A program made the position numbers and the translations under genes. From Nitrospirota bacterium (GTDB lineage Bacteria > Nitrospirota > Thermodesulfovibrionia > Thermodesulfovibrionales > JdFR-86): a stretch of 64,000 nt of DNA. The notes below the pieces were generated by a model. It worked only from the letters and a program-made list of their open reading frames with translations, did no database searches and had not been told where the DNA came from. The number at the start of each line of letters is the position of its first letter. Positions within the stretch are counted from its first letter, which is position 1. This document shows, piece after piece, positions 10,563-20,111 of the stretch. The DNA lies in assembly GCA_963721805.1 (NCBI GenBank), contig CAVRJY010000001.1:832001-896000 (forward strand). The letters run 5' to 3'.

Positions 10563-12172
10563 ATGCTTAGCCTCTTAACCTCTCTGCGCTGGAAGATGAG
10601 ATCGAAGATCGTCTTGGTGCCGACCAGTGCGGTATAAAGATTGATCGCGACGCCGAGGCTCAGCGTGACCGCGAAGCCCTTGATAGGGCCGGTGCCGAAC
10701 TGAAAGAGCACCGCGGCCGTGATGAGCGTCGTCACGTGCGCGTCGAATATCGTCCAGAAGGCCTTGTCGTAGCCTGTGTCCACCGCGGCGCGCGCTGTCT
10801 TGCCCGCGCGGATTTCCTCGCGCATTCGCTCGAACATCAGCACGTTACTGTCGACGGCCATGCCGACGGCGAGTATTATGCCGGCGATGCCGGGCATCGT
10901 GAGCGTGGCGTTAAGCGAGGCCATCGCTCCGAGCAGCAGTATGATGTTCAGCACGAGGGCGAAGTCCGCTATCACCCCGGAGAGCCTGTAGTAGAAGATC
11001 ATGAATACTATGACCATGATCGAGCCGATCAGCCCGGCCATCTTGCCGGCCTGTATCGAGTCGCGCCCGAGCGACGGGCCGACCGTGACGTTCTGGAGCA
11101 TCTTGACCGGGGCCGGCAGAGCGCCTGCCTTCAGCACGATGGCCAGGTCCTTGGCCTCGTCCATCGTGAAGCTGCCGGTGATCTGGGCGCTTCCGCCGGA
11201 GATGCGCTCGCGTATGACCGGGGCCGAATATACGTTGTTGTCTAGGATGATCGCCATGCGGTTGTTGACGTTGGCGGCCGTGACGTCGTCAAATATCTTG
11301 GCGCCGCTCGCGTTAAAAGTGATGGACACGTAGGGCTCGCTGTAGCGCTGGTCGATGCTCACGCGGGCCTCCGAAAGCAGGTCGCCGGTCAGCAGCGCGG
11401 TCTTGTGCAGGAGCAGCGGGACCTTGATGACCGCGCCGGTCTCCTTGTTGGTCACGCGCTCAAAGAGGATCTCGTCGTCCTCGGGGATCTTGCCCTTTAA
11501 CTTTTCAAGCAGCGCGACTTCATCGCCCGGAGCGAGCGAGCGCGGAAGCTCGGCCGCGACCGGGGACTTGTCGTCCACTATCTTGAACTCCAGCAGCGCG
11601 GTCTTGCCGATGATGTCGATGGCGCGCTTGGGGTCCTTGATGCCCGGCAGCTGGATCACGAGCTCGTTGGTGCCCTGGCGCTGTATCGAGGGCTCGGCCA
11701 CGCCGAACTGGTCGATGCGGTTGCGGATAGTCTCGATGGCCTGCTCGGTGGAGTTGTCACGGACGCGGTTGCGCTCGGCCTCGGAGAGCATGTAGTTGCC
11801 GCTGCCCTTGCTCTCGAGCAGCGGAAAGTCGTCCTTGATCAGCTGGTCGATCTCGGGCGTCGCCGGAGTGACGTTTATCGTAAGCCCGCTGACCTTGACG
11901 TCGACGTTGATGTTCTTCTTCTTGGCCGAGTCCTTGATCACCTGCCCAAGGCGCTCGGTCGTGATCTCGACGGCCTTGTCGCCCTCGACCTCGAATACGA
12001 GGTGCAGGCCGCCCTGCAGGTCGAGCCCCAGCGTTATGCCCTTGCTGGGCATCGTGTTTTTCCACCATGAGGGCATGGCGTCGAATACCGGTGTGTTGGG
12101 AAGGAAGAACACCGTGGCCAGCACTATCGTGGCTGCTATGATTATGATGCGCCCTAGTACGCCCTGTTTCAT
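10559..12172 (-). CDS. secD: Protein translocase subunit SecD
   Basis: [27 protein letters not shown]; start taken at MKQGV. Confidence 0.95.
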   Translation of the reverse strand: MKQGVLGRIIIIAATIVLATVFFLPNTPVFDAMPSWWKNTMPSKGITLGLDLQGGLHLVFEVEGDKAVEITTERLGQVIKDSAKKKNINVDVKVSGLTINVTPATPEIDQLIKDDFPLLESKGSGNYMLSEAERNRVRDNSTEQAIETIRNRIDQFGVAEPSIQRQGTNELVIQLPGIKDPKRAIDIIGKTALLEFKIVDDKSPVAAELPRSLAPGDEVALLEKLKGKIPEDDEILFERVTNKETGAVIKVPLLLHKTALLTGDLLSEARVSIDQRYSEPYVSITFNASGAKIFDDVTAANVNNRMAIILDNNVYSAPVIRERISGGSAQITGSFTMDEAKDLAIVLKAGALPAPVKMLQNVTVGPSLGRDSIQAGKMAGLIGSIMVIVFMIFYYRLSGVIADFALVLNIILLLGAMASLNATLTMPGIAGIILAVGMAVDSNVLMFERMREEIRAGKTARAAVDTGYDKAFWTIFDAHVTTLITAAVLFQFGTGPIKGFAVTLSLGVAINLYTALVGTKTIFDLIFQRREVKRLSI

Positions 12173-12353
12173 CCACCCCTCCAAAGACAAGGCATCTTAA
12201 CGATGCGGATATGTCATATGCATATTGATATGCATATAGATTAAACCCGGTTATTTTGCACTAAATGCCCCCCATTCGGCAAGTCCATCCTTAAAAGGGC
12301 GGCTCGGGGCGGCTATTGATATTCGGCCGCGATTATTGGACAATAGCGGTGAG

Positions 12354-14327
12354 ATGAACAAAAACCGGCTTATTTTGCACGGGTTGGCCCTGTGCTCCAC
12401 GCTCATGTTCCTGGCGTTTCAGCTCTACGACCCTGCCGTGCTCCGCGAGCAGGTCGAGGCCAAGACGCTGGATCTGCGCCAATACCTCCGCAACCGCATG
12501 ACCAAGCCCGCGCCGCCCGAGGACATCCTTATCGTGACGGTCGACGAGCACAGCATCGCCGAGGTGGGGCGGTGGCCCTGGAGTCGCACAGTGATAGCCG
12601 GCCTGATAAACACGATATCCTCCGGGGCCCCGAAGGCGATCGGCGTGGACATACTGTTCAGCGAGCCAGAGGGCAAGGGGCCGGACGAGGCGCTCGGACG
12701 GGCGATATCGGAGGCCGGAAACGTCGTGCTCGCAACCGGGTTTCTGGTCTTTGCCGATACGGGCGAGCGCATGAAAACGGTCAAGCCCGACTACCTGTGG
12801 GAGCACGCATTCATGGAGGTCAAGGGCACGAAGGATATCCCGTGGAAGCGCTGGGTGCTCAACGCAGACAGCGTGCTCGCGCCGGTCGCGCCGATTGCCT
12901 CGGGGGCGGAGATAGGCTCGGTCTATACACAGCCGGACCTCGACGGGGTGCTGCGCTGGGAGATTCTTGCGCTTCAGTACGACGGGGACTTCTACCCATC
13001 GATGCCGCTTCAGGTCGTGAGGATCGCCAAGGGCCTCAAGCCGCAGGACATGGCCGTGCTTGGCGGCACCGGCATCAAACTCGGCGCCGAGACGATACCC
13101 ACGGACTTAGGTATGCGGATCCTCCTTAACTACCGGGGCGGCGCGGGCAGCTTCCGCTATATCCCGGCCGCCGACCTGATGAAAGGACGCGTCTCGCCAT
13201 CGGTATTCAAGGATAGGATCGTGCTGCTCGGGACCTCGGCGCTCGCTACCTATGACCAGAAGGTGACGCCGCTTTCGGCCAACATGCCGGGGGTCGAGAA
13301 AAACGCCACGGTCATCGACAATATCATCCATCGGAGCTATCTGACCCGCAGCCCCGGCGTGATAGAAATGGTTATCACTGTCCTGACCGCCGTCATACTG
13401 AGCATCATTACCCAGCGCACGAGGGCGCTGGTCGGCGTATCTTTCGCGCTGCTGCTGATCGCGGGATATATCGGGTTCTCGTTTTACATGCTCGAGGCTC
13501 GCGGCGTATGGCTGAACGTTATCTATCCGGTCGGCAACATGGGGCTGATCTTCGTCTCGCAGGGCGCGGCGAGGTTCTTCCTCGAGGAGCTTAAGGCGAG
13601 GCACATCAGGCATATGTTTTCGAGCTACGTCTCTCCGAAGGTCGTCGAGGCCCTGATCGAGAACCCGGAGAAGGCGAAGCTCGGCGGCGACAAGAAGGAA
13701 CTGACGGTGCTGTTCTCCGACGTGGCCGGCTTTACGAGCATATCGGAGAAGCTCGACCCCGCGGAGGTCGTGGCGCTCCTTAACGAGTATTTCAAGTCGA
13801 TGACGGACGTGATATTCCGCTGGGACGGGACGTTTGACAAGATCGTGGGCGACGAGATCATGGCATTCTGGGGCGCGCCGGTTGACCAGCCAGACCATCC
13901 TGAGCGCGCCGTGCGCTGCGCGCTCGACATGCTCAACAAGCTTGAGGTCCTGCGCGAGAAATGGCGCGCCGAGGGCAGGCCGCTCATCCAGATGGGCATA
14001 GGCATCAACACCGGGCCGATGCTGGTTGGAAACATCGGGGCCGAGGACAAGAAGATGGACTATACCGTGATGGGCGACTCGGTCAACGCCGGGGCGCGCG
14101 TCGAGGCGCTCACAAGGTCGTATAACGCCAAGATACTGATCACCGAAGCGACCTACGAGAAGATACGGCCGCAGGTCGAGGCGGGCCACTTCGGCCACAC
14201 TAAGTTTGAGTGCAGGGGAGAGGTCAAGGTTAAGGGGAAGGAGATTTTATTCCAGGTCTATGAAGTCTATGACACGGAAGCCAAATGGGATCACACGTTC
14301 GACGGAACGGGCTCGGATACTAAGTGA
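12354..14327 (+). CDS. CHASE2-domain class III adenylate cyclase
   Basis: GRWPWSR CHASE2 motif, three TMs, FSDVAGFT, DKIVGD, DYTVMGDSVN (Lys/Asp typical of ATP specificity); start could be 12336. Confidence 0.9.
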   Translation: MNKNRLILHGLALCSTLMFLAFQLYDPAVLREQVEAKTLDLRQYLRNRMTKPAPPEDILIVTVDEHSIAEVGRWPWSRTVIAGLINTISSGAPKAIGVDILFSEPEGKGPDEALGRAISEAGNVVLATGFLVFADTGERMKTVKPDYLWEHAFMEVKGTKDIPWKRWVLNADSVLAPVAPIASGAEIGSVYTQPDLDGVLRWEILALQYDGDFYPSMPLQVVRIAKGLKPQDMAVLGGTGIKLGAETIPTDLGMRILLNYRGGAGSFRYIPAADLMKGRVSPSVFKDRIVLLGTSALATYDQKVTPLSANMPGVEKNATVIDNIIHRSYLTRSPGVIEMVITVLTAVILSIITQRTRALVGVSFALLLIAGYIGFSFYMLEARGVWLNVIYPVGNMGLIFVSQGAARFFLEELKARHIRHMFSSYVSPKVVEALIENPEKAKLGGDKKELTVLFSDVAGFTSISEKLDPAEVVALLNEYFKSMTDVIFRWDGTFDKIVGDEIMAFWGAPVDQPDHPERAVRCALDMLNKLEVLREKWRAEGRPLIQMGIGINTGPMLVGNIGAEDKKMDYTVMGDSVNAGARVEALTRSYNAKILITEATYEKIRPQVEAGHFGHTKFECRGEVKVKGKEILFQVYEVYDTEAKWDHTFDGTGSDTK

Positions 14328-14337
14328 TCGATTTTGG

Positions 14338-14460
14338 AAAGCGCGCTAAAGTCGCGTGATACGTTGTCGCGGTTTCAAAGACGCGCCCTCGGAGTACGTC
14401 TCAGTACACCGTCGGGCGGTCTCCTCACCGCTCCTAGTCTGACGCGATTTATCGCGCTTT
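14338..14460 (+). repeat. 123-bp imperfect palindromic repeat, copy 1
   Basis: AAAGCGCG...CGCGCTTT ends; homologous to 22811-22933 and the reverse complement of 25038-25160. Confidence 0.9.
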
Positions 14461-14901
14461 GCGGGGTTAGACGCGGCCCAGCCGCTGGACCCCGCACCCC
14501 AAGGTCAACGGCATTTATTTGAGTAAGCGCTCTGTGCGAAGATTGAGCGGGGCAGGTGGCAGTTTTAATCTTATGCGGGATGCTGTGCTCCCCTGCACTC
14601 TCAAAAGGGCCTGACGGCATGCATGCGCAAATTTGTTCTATCAGGCCATGTTCCGCGAGACGTTTCCATTGATTTTTGAAATGTAACAATCGCGGCGATT
14701 GGAACTTATATGGATAAAGGCTTCGATAGCGGTTTCGCCGCATCAGGCAAGCCCTGCGAGCTATCGCTACAGCTTTATATGGTTGTTTTGGGATACATGG
14801 AACATGAATATAAGATGCAAGTAATGGTAAACTAATCAAACATTTATCAATATCCTCGTGTTTTAAAGCGAGGGATATGACAACATGAAAGGAAAATAAT
14901 C

Positions 14902-15753
14902 ATGAGTCTAGTTAAGTTTAGTGCTTATGCAACTTCTACTCAATATCCTGGCATTGAGAAAATCCCAGCTGATCATATTTTTGTTTGCCCAGGAGATGGT
15001 AGTCATAATTGGAACTGCTTTGGCGGAGGATGCGAAATAATTATAAATAAATCGAGGGAATTAAGGAAATTAGAGAACGGTTCGGGATCGGGAAACGCCC
15101 GGTGGGCCAGCTTGATATATGGCCCTTCTTCCGAGGGAGATCCAAATTTCTACGGCAGCGCGGCTGGTATTAGAAATGTGTATGATGGAGTTTGTCACAA
15201 TGTTGCGAATCGAATTCTAGTGATTACCGGAGAGGGGATAGACGTAAGCGGAGCAGCCGGAAATGAGTTGGTAACATTGATGTACGGAAAATTTGGGTAT
15301 AATATTGAAAAGTTTATTGATAATGTTAGGATTACCGCTAAGCTAGTAAATGAGGAGCAACCAGGGACATTGACTGATCAAGAAATTGAAGACGTTGTAA
15401 ATCGGATTACGCGGGGGGTATCTCCTGATAATGAGTTGGAGATATTGAAGAAGGATTTGGATGAGCATTTTGGTCCGCATCTTTCCCATTTGAGCGACGA
15501 AGAACGGTCAAAGTTTGACAGCATCTACAAAGATTTCCAAGATGATCGTAAGACGGCTTATTATGATGCTGAACCACAAACTGGAACTGGCCTAGAGTTT
15601 CAAAGAAGATTTGCTGATCGGATAGAACCCCATCTGAAAACATGCTTGTTAAAACTCGATGAGTTGCTCGGAAGAGATCGATTTCTAGCGCTTTTTAAGG
15701 GTGTGCCCGAATCTGTTATCGCAGCTGCTAAAGGATTCTTGTTTATGCGATGA
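14902..15753 (+). CDS. Hypothetical protein (AT-rich cargo; possible His...Cys papain-like catalytic pair)
   Basis: 283-aa ORF with SD AAGGA, composition unlike flanks; DHIFV and GVCHNVANRIL motifs. Confidence 0.75.
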   Translation: MSLVKFSAYATSTQYPGIEKIPADHIFVCPGDGSHNWNCFGGGCEIIINKSRELRKLENGSGSGNARWASLIYGPSSEGDPNFYGSAAGIRNVYDGVCHNVANRILVITGEGIDVSGAAGNELVTLMYGKFGYNIEKFIDNVRITAKLVNEEQPGTLTDQEIEDVVNRITRGVSPDNELEILKKDLDEHFGPHLSHLSDEERSKFDSIYKDFQDDRKTAYYDAEPQTGTGLEFQRRFADRIEPHLKTCLLKLDELLGRDRFLALFKGVPESVIAAAKGFLFMR

Positions 15754-15840
15754 AAACGATTAGGTATGCCTCGCACGTTACCGCTCACCTCATTGTCCAC
15801 AACTACCCCGCTTGCTGGTAGAGCTTATCTCTAATTTAAT

Positions 15841-16974
15841 TTACAAACCCAGCGCTACGAACAGCCTGACCGTAACCGGGTTCATGAGCATGAGGGCATC
15901 GGGGGTTAAGGCCACGCGGCCGGCGCGCTCGACTATCATCCCCTCCCTTATAAGGGGGGCGCATGCGGCCGAGAGGTCAAGCCCGTGCTCGTTTTGGAAG
16001 CGAGCGAGTTCAAGCCCCTCCGAGGTGCGCAGGCCGAGCATGACCTCCTCCCGAAGCGCGTCGGCCTCGGATAGCTCGTGGCGTTCGGCCACGGGCTGGA
16101 TGCCCTCTCCGAGCATCCTTACGTAGGCGTCCGTGTCCTCGACGTTCCACCATCGCGCAGTTCCGTCGAAGGAGTGCGCGCCGGGGCCGAGCCCGAGGAA
16201 GCTCCCCCGCCGCCAGTAGTTGAGGTTGTGGCGGCACTCCATGCCCGGCAGGGCGTAGTTCGAGACCTCGTAATGCCCGTACCCCTCGGCCGTGAGCAGC
16301 TCCCTGCCGCGGTGAAACATATCGGTGACGAGGTCCTCAGACGGCATCGCCACGCTCCCGCCCTCTATCGCGTCCCAAAGCGGCGTGCCCTCGGCAGGCG
16401 TAAGCTCATAGGCCGATACGTGCGAGGGCCGGAGTTCGAGCACCCTGCCGAGCGTCCGCTCCCAGTCCCTCATGGCCTGCCCCGGCAGCCCGTACATCAG
16501 GTCGACCGAGAGGTGCAAGCCGTGGTCCTTGATCATCAGCGCGGCGCGGAGCGCGTCCTTTGCGGTATGCAGCCGTCCGAGGCTGCGCAGTTCGGGGTCG
16601 TTGAGCGACTGCACGCCGAGGCTCATGCGCGTTACCCCAGAGCGTTTTAAGATCCCGAGTTTTTCGTCATCGAGAGTGCCGGGGTTGGCCTCGACCGTGA
16701 ACTCACGCGCCTCATGGGTGATCTCCGTGACAATCTCAAGCAGAGAGGAAAGCATAGGGGCGGGAAGCGAGGTGGGCGTGCCGCCGCCTACGTAAACCGT
16801 ATCGGGCGGGCCGGGGGCCAGGAAGCGCGCCTCGCTTCCGAGGGCGTTGAGGTATGCGCGCGCCGGGGCCTCCTCGATCCTGACCGAGTAGAAGTCGCAG
16901 TACGCGCACTTGCCGATGCAGTACGGCACGTGCACGTAGAGCCCCTCGTACCTGCGCCCTTTTATTATTTCCAT
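15841..16974 (-). CDS. hemW: Radical SAM heme chaperone HemW (HemN-like)
   Basis: LYVHVPYCIGKCAYCDF (CxxxCxxC), GGGTPT, YEVSNY, HNLNYW. Confidence 0.88.
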   Translation of the reverse strand: MEIIKGRRYEGLYVHVPYCIGKCAYCDFYSVRIEEAPARAYLNALGSEARFLAPGPPDTVYVGGGTPTSLPAPMLSSLLEIVTEITHEAREFTVEANPGTLDDEKLGILKRSGVTRMSLGVQSLNDPELRSLGRLHTAKDALRAALMIKDHGLHLSVDLMYGLPGQAMRDWERTLGRVLELRPSHVSAYELTPAEGTPLWDAIEGGSVAMPSEDLVTDMFHRGRELLTAEGYGHYEVSNYALPGMECRHNLNYWRRGSFLGLGPGAHSFDGTARWWNVEDTDAYVRMLGEGIQPVAERHELSEADALREEVMLGLRTSEGLELARFQNEHGLDLSAACAPLIREGMIVERAGRVALTPDALMLMNPVTVRLFVALGL

Positions 16975-16994
16975 GGCTACTTTATAATACAATG

Positions 16995-17327
16995 ATGTTG
17001 ACCGGATATAATACCAACGTGCCGCACAAGGGCCGCACCCTGCACGTCCAGACCGAGGACGGGGGGCGGGGCAACCCGGTCATAACCACCCTTTTATACG
17101 AGCGCGGGGCTATACTGGATTCGGTGCGCGCGGCCTATGCCGACCTCCTGATCGACGAGGACTGGAAGGAAAAGGTCGTAGGTATGATGCGCGAGCAGCA
17201 CAAGCGGCTGATACAGGCCGTGATGTCGGGCAGCTATGACGAGGCCCCCTCCGGGGAGGCCGCGCCGGACGCGGATCAGGCAGGGCAAGAGGACATAGAC
17301 TCAGTCGTTGCCGCATACATAATCTGA
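16995..17327 (+). CDS. Conserved hypothetical protein upstream of ftsE
   Basis: GYNTNV...HVQTEDGG...MMREQHK pattern; start 16992 or 16995. Confidence 0.7.
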   Translation: MLTGYNTNVPHKGRTLHVQTEDGGRGNPVITTLLYERGAILDSVRAAYADLLIDEDWKEKVVGMMREQHKRLIQAVMSGSYDEAPSGEAAPDADQAGQEDIDSVVAAYII

Positions 17328-17346
17328 GCGCGGAGGTGCCTGAAGC

Positions 17347-18006
17347 TTGATAAAGTTCGTGGACGTGACAAAGACCTTCGAGAGCTCCACGATCATCAGG
17401 AAGGCGAACTTCGAGATCGGGCGCGGGGAGATGGTATTCATCTCGGGGCCCAGCGGCTCGGGGAAGACCACCCTGCTGAAGATGATCTTCATGGAGGAGC
17501 GGCCGGACGAGGGCCAGATCCTCGTCGACGACAAGGACCTGACCAACCTGCCCCCGTCGCACATCGCCCACCTCAGGCGCATGGTCGGCGTCGTGTTCCA
17601 GGACTTCAGGCTCCTGCCGATGAGCGTATACGACAACGTGGCGCTGACGCTGCGCATACGCGGGATGAGCGAACGCGCGCTAAGGCCGATAGTCAACGAC
17701 ACGCTGAAGCTCGCGGGCCTCAGACACAAGGCCGAGAGCTTCGCCGAATCGCTCTCGGGCGGGGAGCAGCAGCGGGTATCCATCGCGCGCGCCATTGTGG
17801 GCGAGCCGCAGGTCCTGCTCGCCGACGAACCGACGGGCAACCTCGACCCTGACACCGCGGCCGGGATAAGGAAGCTGTTTAGGGAGATCAACATGCACGG
17901 CACCACGGTGGTGTTCGCCACGCACTCGCGCGAGCTGTTTCGCGACCTCGGCAACCGCGTCCTGAGGCTCGAGGACGGCGTGATAATGCAGGAGGCCGGG
18001 CTTTGA
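17347..18006 (+). CDS. ftsE: Cell division ATP-binding protein FtsE
   Basis: GPSGSGKT, GVVFQDFRLL, LSGGEQQRV; TTG start after GGAGG; precedes ftsX. Confidence 0.9.
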   Translation: MIKFVDVTKTFESSTIIRKANFEIGRGEMVFISGPSGSGKTTLLKMIFMEERPDEGQILVDDKDLTNLPPSHIAHLRRMVGVVFQDFRLLPMSVYDNVALTLRIRGMSERALRPIVNDTLKLAGLRHKAESFAESLSGGEQQRVSIARAIVGEPQVLLADEPTGNLDPDTAAGIRKLFREINMHGTTVVFATHSRELFRDLGNRVLRLEDGVIMQEAGL

Positions 18007-18875
18007 ACGCATACCAGATCCGCACTGCCGTAAACGGCATAATGCGCGAGAAGTGGATAAACGCCATAAGCGTCCTGGCTATCGCCACCGGGCTGCTTCT
18101 GGCCGCGATGGCGTACCTCGCGGTCTATAACGTCAAGCTCGCGGCCGACCGCCTGCCCGAGCGGTTCTCCGTCACGGTGTTTTTGAGCGACACGCTCACC
18201 GGGGCCCAGGGCCGCGACCTGGCAAACCAGGTCAGCCGCATCGAGGGCGTAAAGCAGGTCACTTACATATCGCGCGATGATGCCCTCGCGGAACTGAAGC
18301 GCACCATGGCCGACGCAGATACGATACTCGGCGGCCTCGCAGAAAACCCGCTGCCCGCGTCCCTGGACGTCAGGGTCAACGAGGACTCCGTGACGGCCGA
18401 GGCGGTGCGCACGGTCGCGGACGCGATAAAGAGGATCAGCGGCGTCTCGGACGTCGAATACGGCGAGAAGCTGCTGGGCGTGATACAGAAGGTGAGGTAT
18501 TACGCCGGCACGTTCGCCTCGGCGGTGATGACGATAATCGTGGCCGGGATGCTGTTCGTCTGCTACAGCACGGTGAAGATCCTGCTGTACCGCAAGCGCG
18601 AGGAGGTCGATACGCTCATGGTGCTCGGGGCCACCAAGTGGTTCATCCGGGGGCCGTTCATCATGGAGGGCGCGATCGTCGGGCTTTTGGGCGGCCTGAT
18701 CGCGGCCGGCGGGCTCATGGCCTTCAAGGTCGTGGTGTTCGACCAGATGATGTCGACGATGCCGCTGCTGGGCGAGTTGAGCGCGCCGCCCGAGATCCTG
18801 CTGGCGCTGCCCCTTGGCGGCCTGCTGGTTGGCGCGCTCGGGGCGCTTATGGCCGTCGGGGCCATAAAATATTAG
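18003..18875 (+). CDS. ftsX: Cell division permease FtsX
   Basis: ENPLPAS, LGATKWFIRGPFIMEG, four TMs. Confidence 0.9.
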   Translation: MNAYQIRTAVNGIMREKWINAISVLAIATGLLLAAMAYLAVYNVKLAADRLPERFSVTVFLSDTLTGAQGRDLANQVSRIEGVKQVTYISRDDALAELKRTMADADTILGGLAENPLPASLDVRVNEDSVTAEAVRTVADAIKRISGVSDVEYGEKLLGVIQKVRYYAGTFASAVMTIIVAGMLFVCYSTVKILLYRKREEVDTLMVLGATKWFIRGPFIMEGAIVGLLGGLIAAGGLMAFKVVVFDQMMSTMPLLGELSAPPEILLALPLGGLLVGALGALMAVGAIKY

Positions 18876-18882
18876 GCCGCCG

Positions 18883-20046
18883 ATGAGGCCCATCGCCGGT
18901 CTCGCCTCAGCGGTGGCGGTAATATGCGTTTTGTGCGTCTTTTGCCCGCCCGCCGCCCTGGCGGCCGGCGCCGGTGCCAACGATACCGAGCGCGAGTACC
19001 AGGACATGAAGCGCAAGATCGAGAGCAACGAGCAGCAGCTGAAGATCTACAGGGGCATCGAGTCCTCGACGCTCTCCGAGATAGAGAAGACCAACCGCGA
19101 GCTCTCGGCCGTCTCCAAGGACCTGCGGTCTTACCGGGCCGGGCTCGCGGACACGCAAAACAAGATAGCGGGCGTGAAGGCCGACATCGACGCCCTCGGC
19201 GGCAAGCTCGAAAAGCGCAAGGGCTGGCTCCGCATGAAGGTGCGCGCGATGAACCGCTACGGCAGGTACGCCAACCTGCTGCTGAGCCTCGAGGGCTCCT
19301 CCGACATGTCGCAGTTCATAAGGCGCTGGCGGTATCTGAGCGTCCTGGCCTCGCTCGAGAACAAGGCCATAGACGGCTACAAGCGCGACCTGTCCACGCT
19401 CCACAGCCGGCAGGCCGAGCTGGATTCCCTTTACCTGCGCATGCAGTCCGACGAGCACCGGATATCCGCGGCCGAACGCCTCGTGGCCGAGAAGAAGGCC
19501 GAGAAAGAGACCGAGCTTGCGAACGTTAGGAAGAAGAAGGCCTCGCAGGAGCAGGTGCTGAGCGAGATGCGCGAGGCCCAGCAGCGGCTGTTTGACATGC
19601 TCAAGAAGGCCGAGCGCACCACCCCCCAGTATACCGGCAAGGGCTTCGGCGCGCGGAAGGGCTCGCTGCAGTGGCCTGTCAGGGGGACGGTGGCGGCCGG
19701 ATACGGCACCGGCAACGACCCCCGCGTCAATACCCCGGTGTTTAGAAACGGCATATACATCACGACCGCCGAGGGCACGGTGGTGTACTCCGTCTCCGGC
19801 GGCAGGGTCGTCTTCGCGGACTACTTCAAGGGCTTCGGCCAGCTCGTGATCGTGGACCACGGCGAGGGCTACCATTCGCTGTACGGCGACCTGTCCGAGA
19901 TTTTTTTGAAGACAGGAGATATAATAGAAGGACGCACCAAAATCGGCGTGGTAGGCGAGTCGGGCATGTTCAGCAAGCCCTCTCTCTATTTCGAGATCAG
20001 GTATAAGGGCAAGCCCCTCGACCCGCTGCAGTGGCTCGGTGGATAG
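18883..20046 (+). CDS. envC: Murein hydrolase activator EnvC family
   Basis: Signal peptide, coiled coil, degenerate M23 domain (LYFEIR) following ftsEX. Confidence 0.85.
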   Translation: MRPIAGLASAVAVICVLCVFCPPAALAAGAGANDTEREYQDMKRKIESNEQQLKIYRGIESSTLSEIEKTNRELSAVSKDLRSYRAGLADTQNKIAGVKADIDALGGKLEKRKGWLRMKVRAMNRYGRYANLLLSLEGSSDMSQFIRRWRYLSVLASLENKAIDGYKRDLSTLHSRQAELDSLYLRMQSDEHRISAAERLVAEKKAEKETELANVRKKKASQEQVLSEMREAQQRLFDMLKKAERTTPQYTGKGFGARKGSLQWPVRGTVAAGYGTGNDPRVNTPVFRNGIYITTAEGTVVYSVSGGRVVFADYFKGFGQLVIVDHGEGYHSLYGDLSEIFLKTGDIIEGRTKIGVVGESGMFSKPSLYFEIRYKGKPLDPLQWLGG

Positions 20047-20111
20047 TGCGCGGGCGCACGGGCTTATTTTCTATCAATAACTTGTGAATCAGCCGGAGGA
20101 ACTCAGACTAA

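Noticed and set aside
14375..14839. 154-aa minus-strand ORF
   Set aside because: Runs across the hairpin repeats, has no recognisable motif, and is better explained as a by-product of non-coding structure
17301..19028. 575-aa minus-strand ORF, and the many similar long antisense or alternate-frame ORFs in the track
   Set aside because: Shadows of well-supported genes in GC-rich DNA; Arg/Ala/Pro-rich with no motifs
20072..20084. IHF consensus match TATCAATAACTTG upstream of ctpA
   Set aside because: Single degenerate match with no supporting promoter architecture
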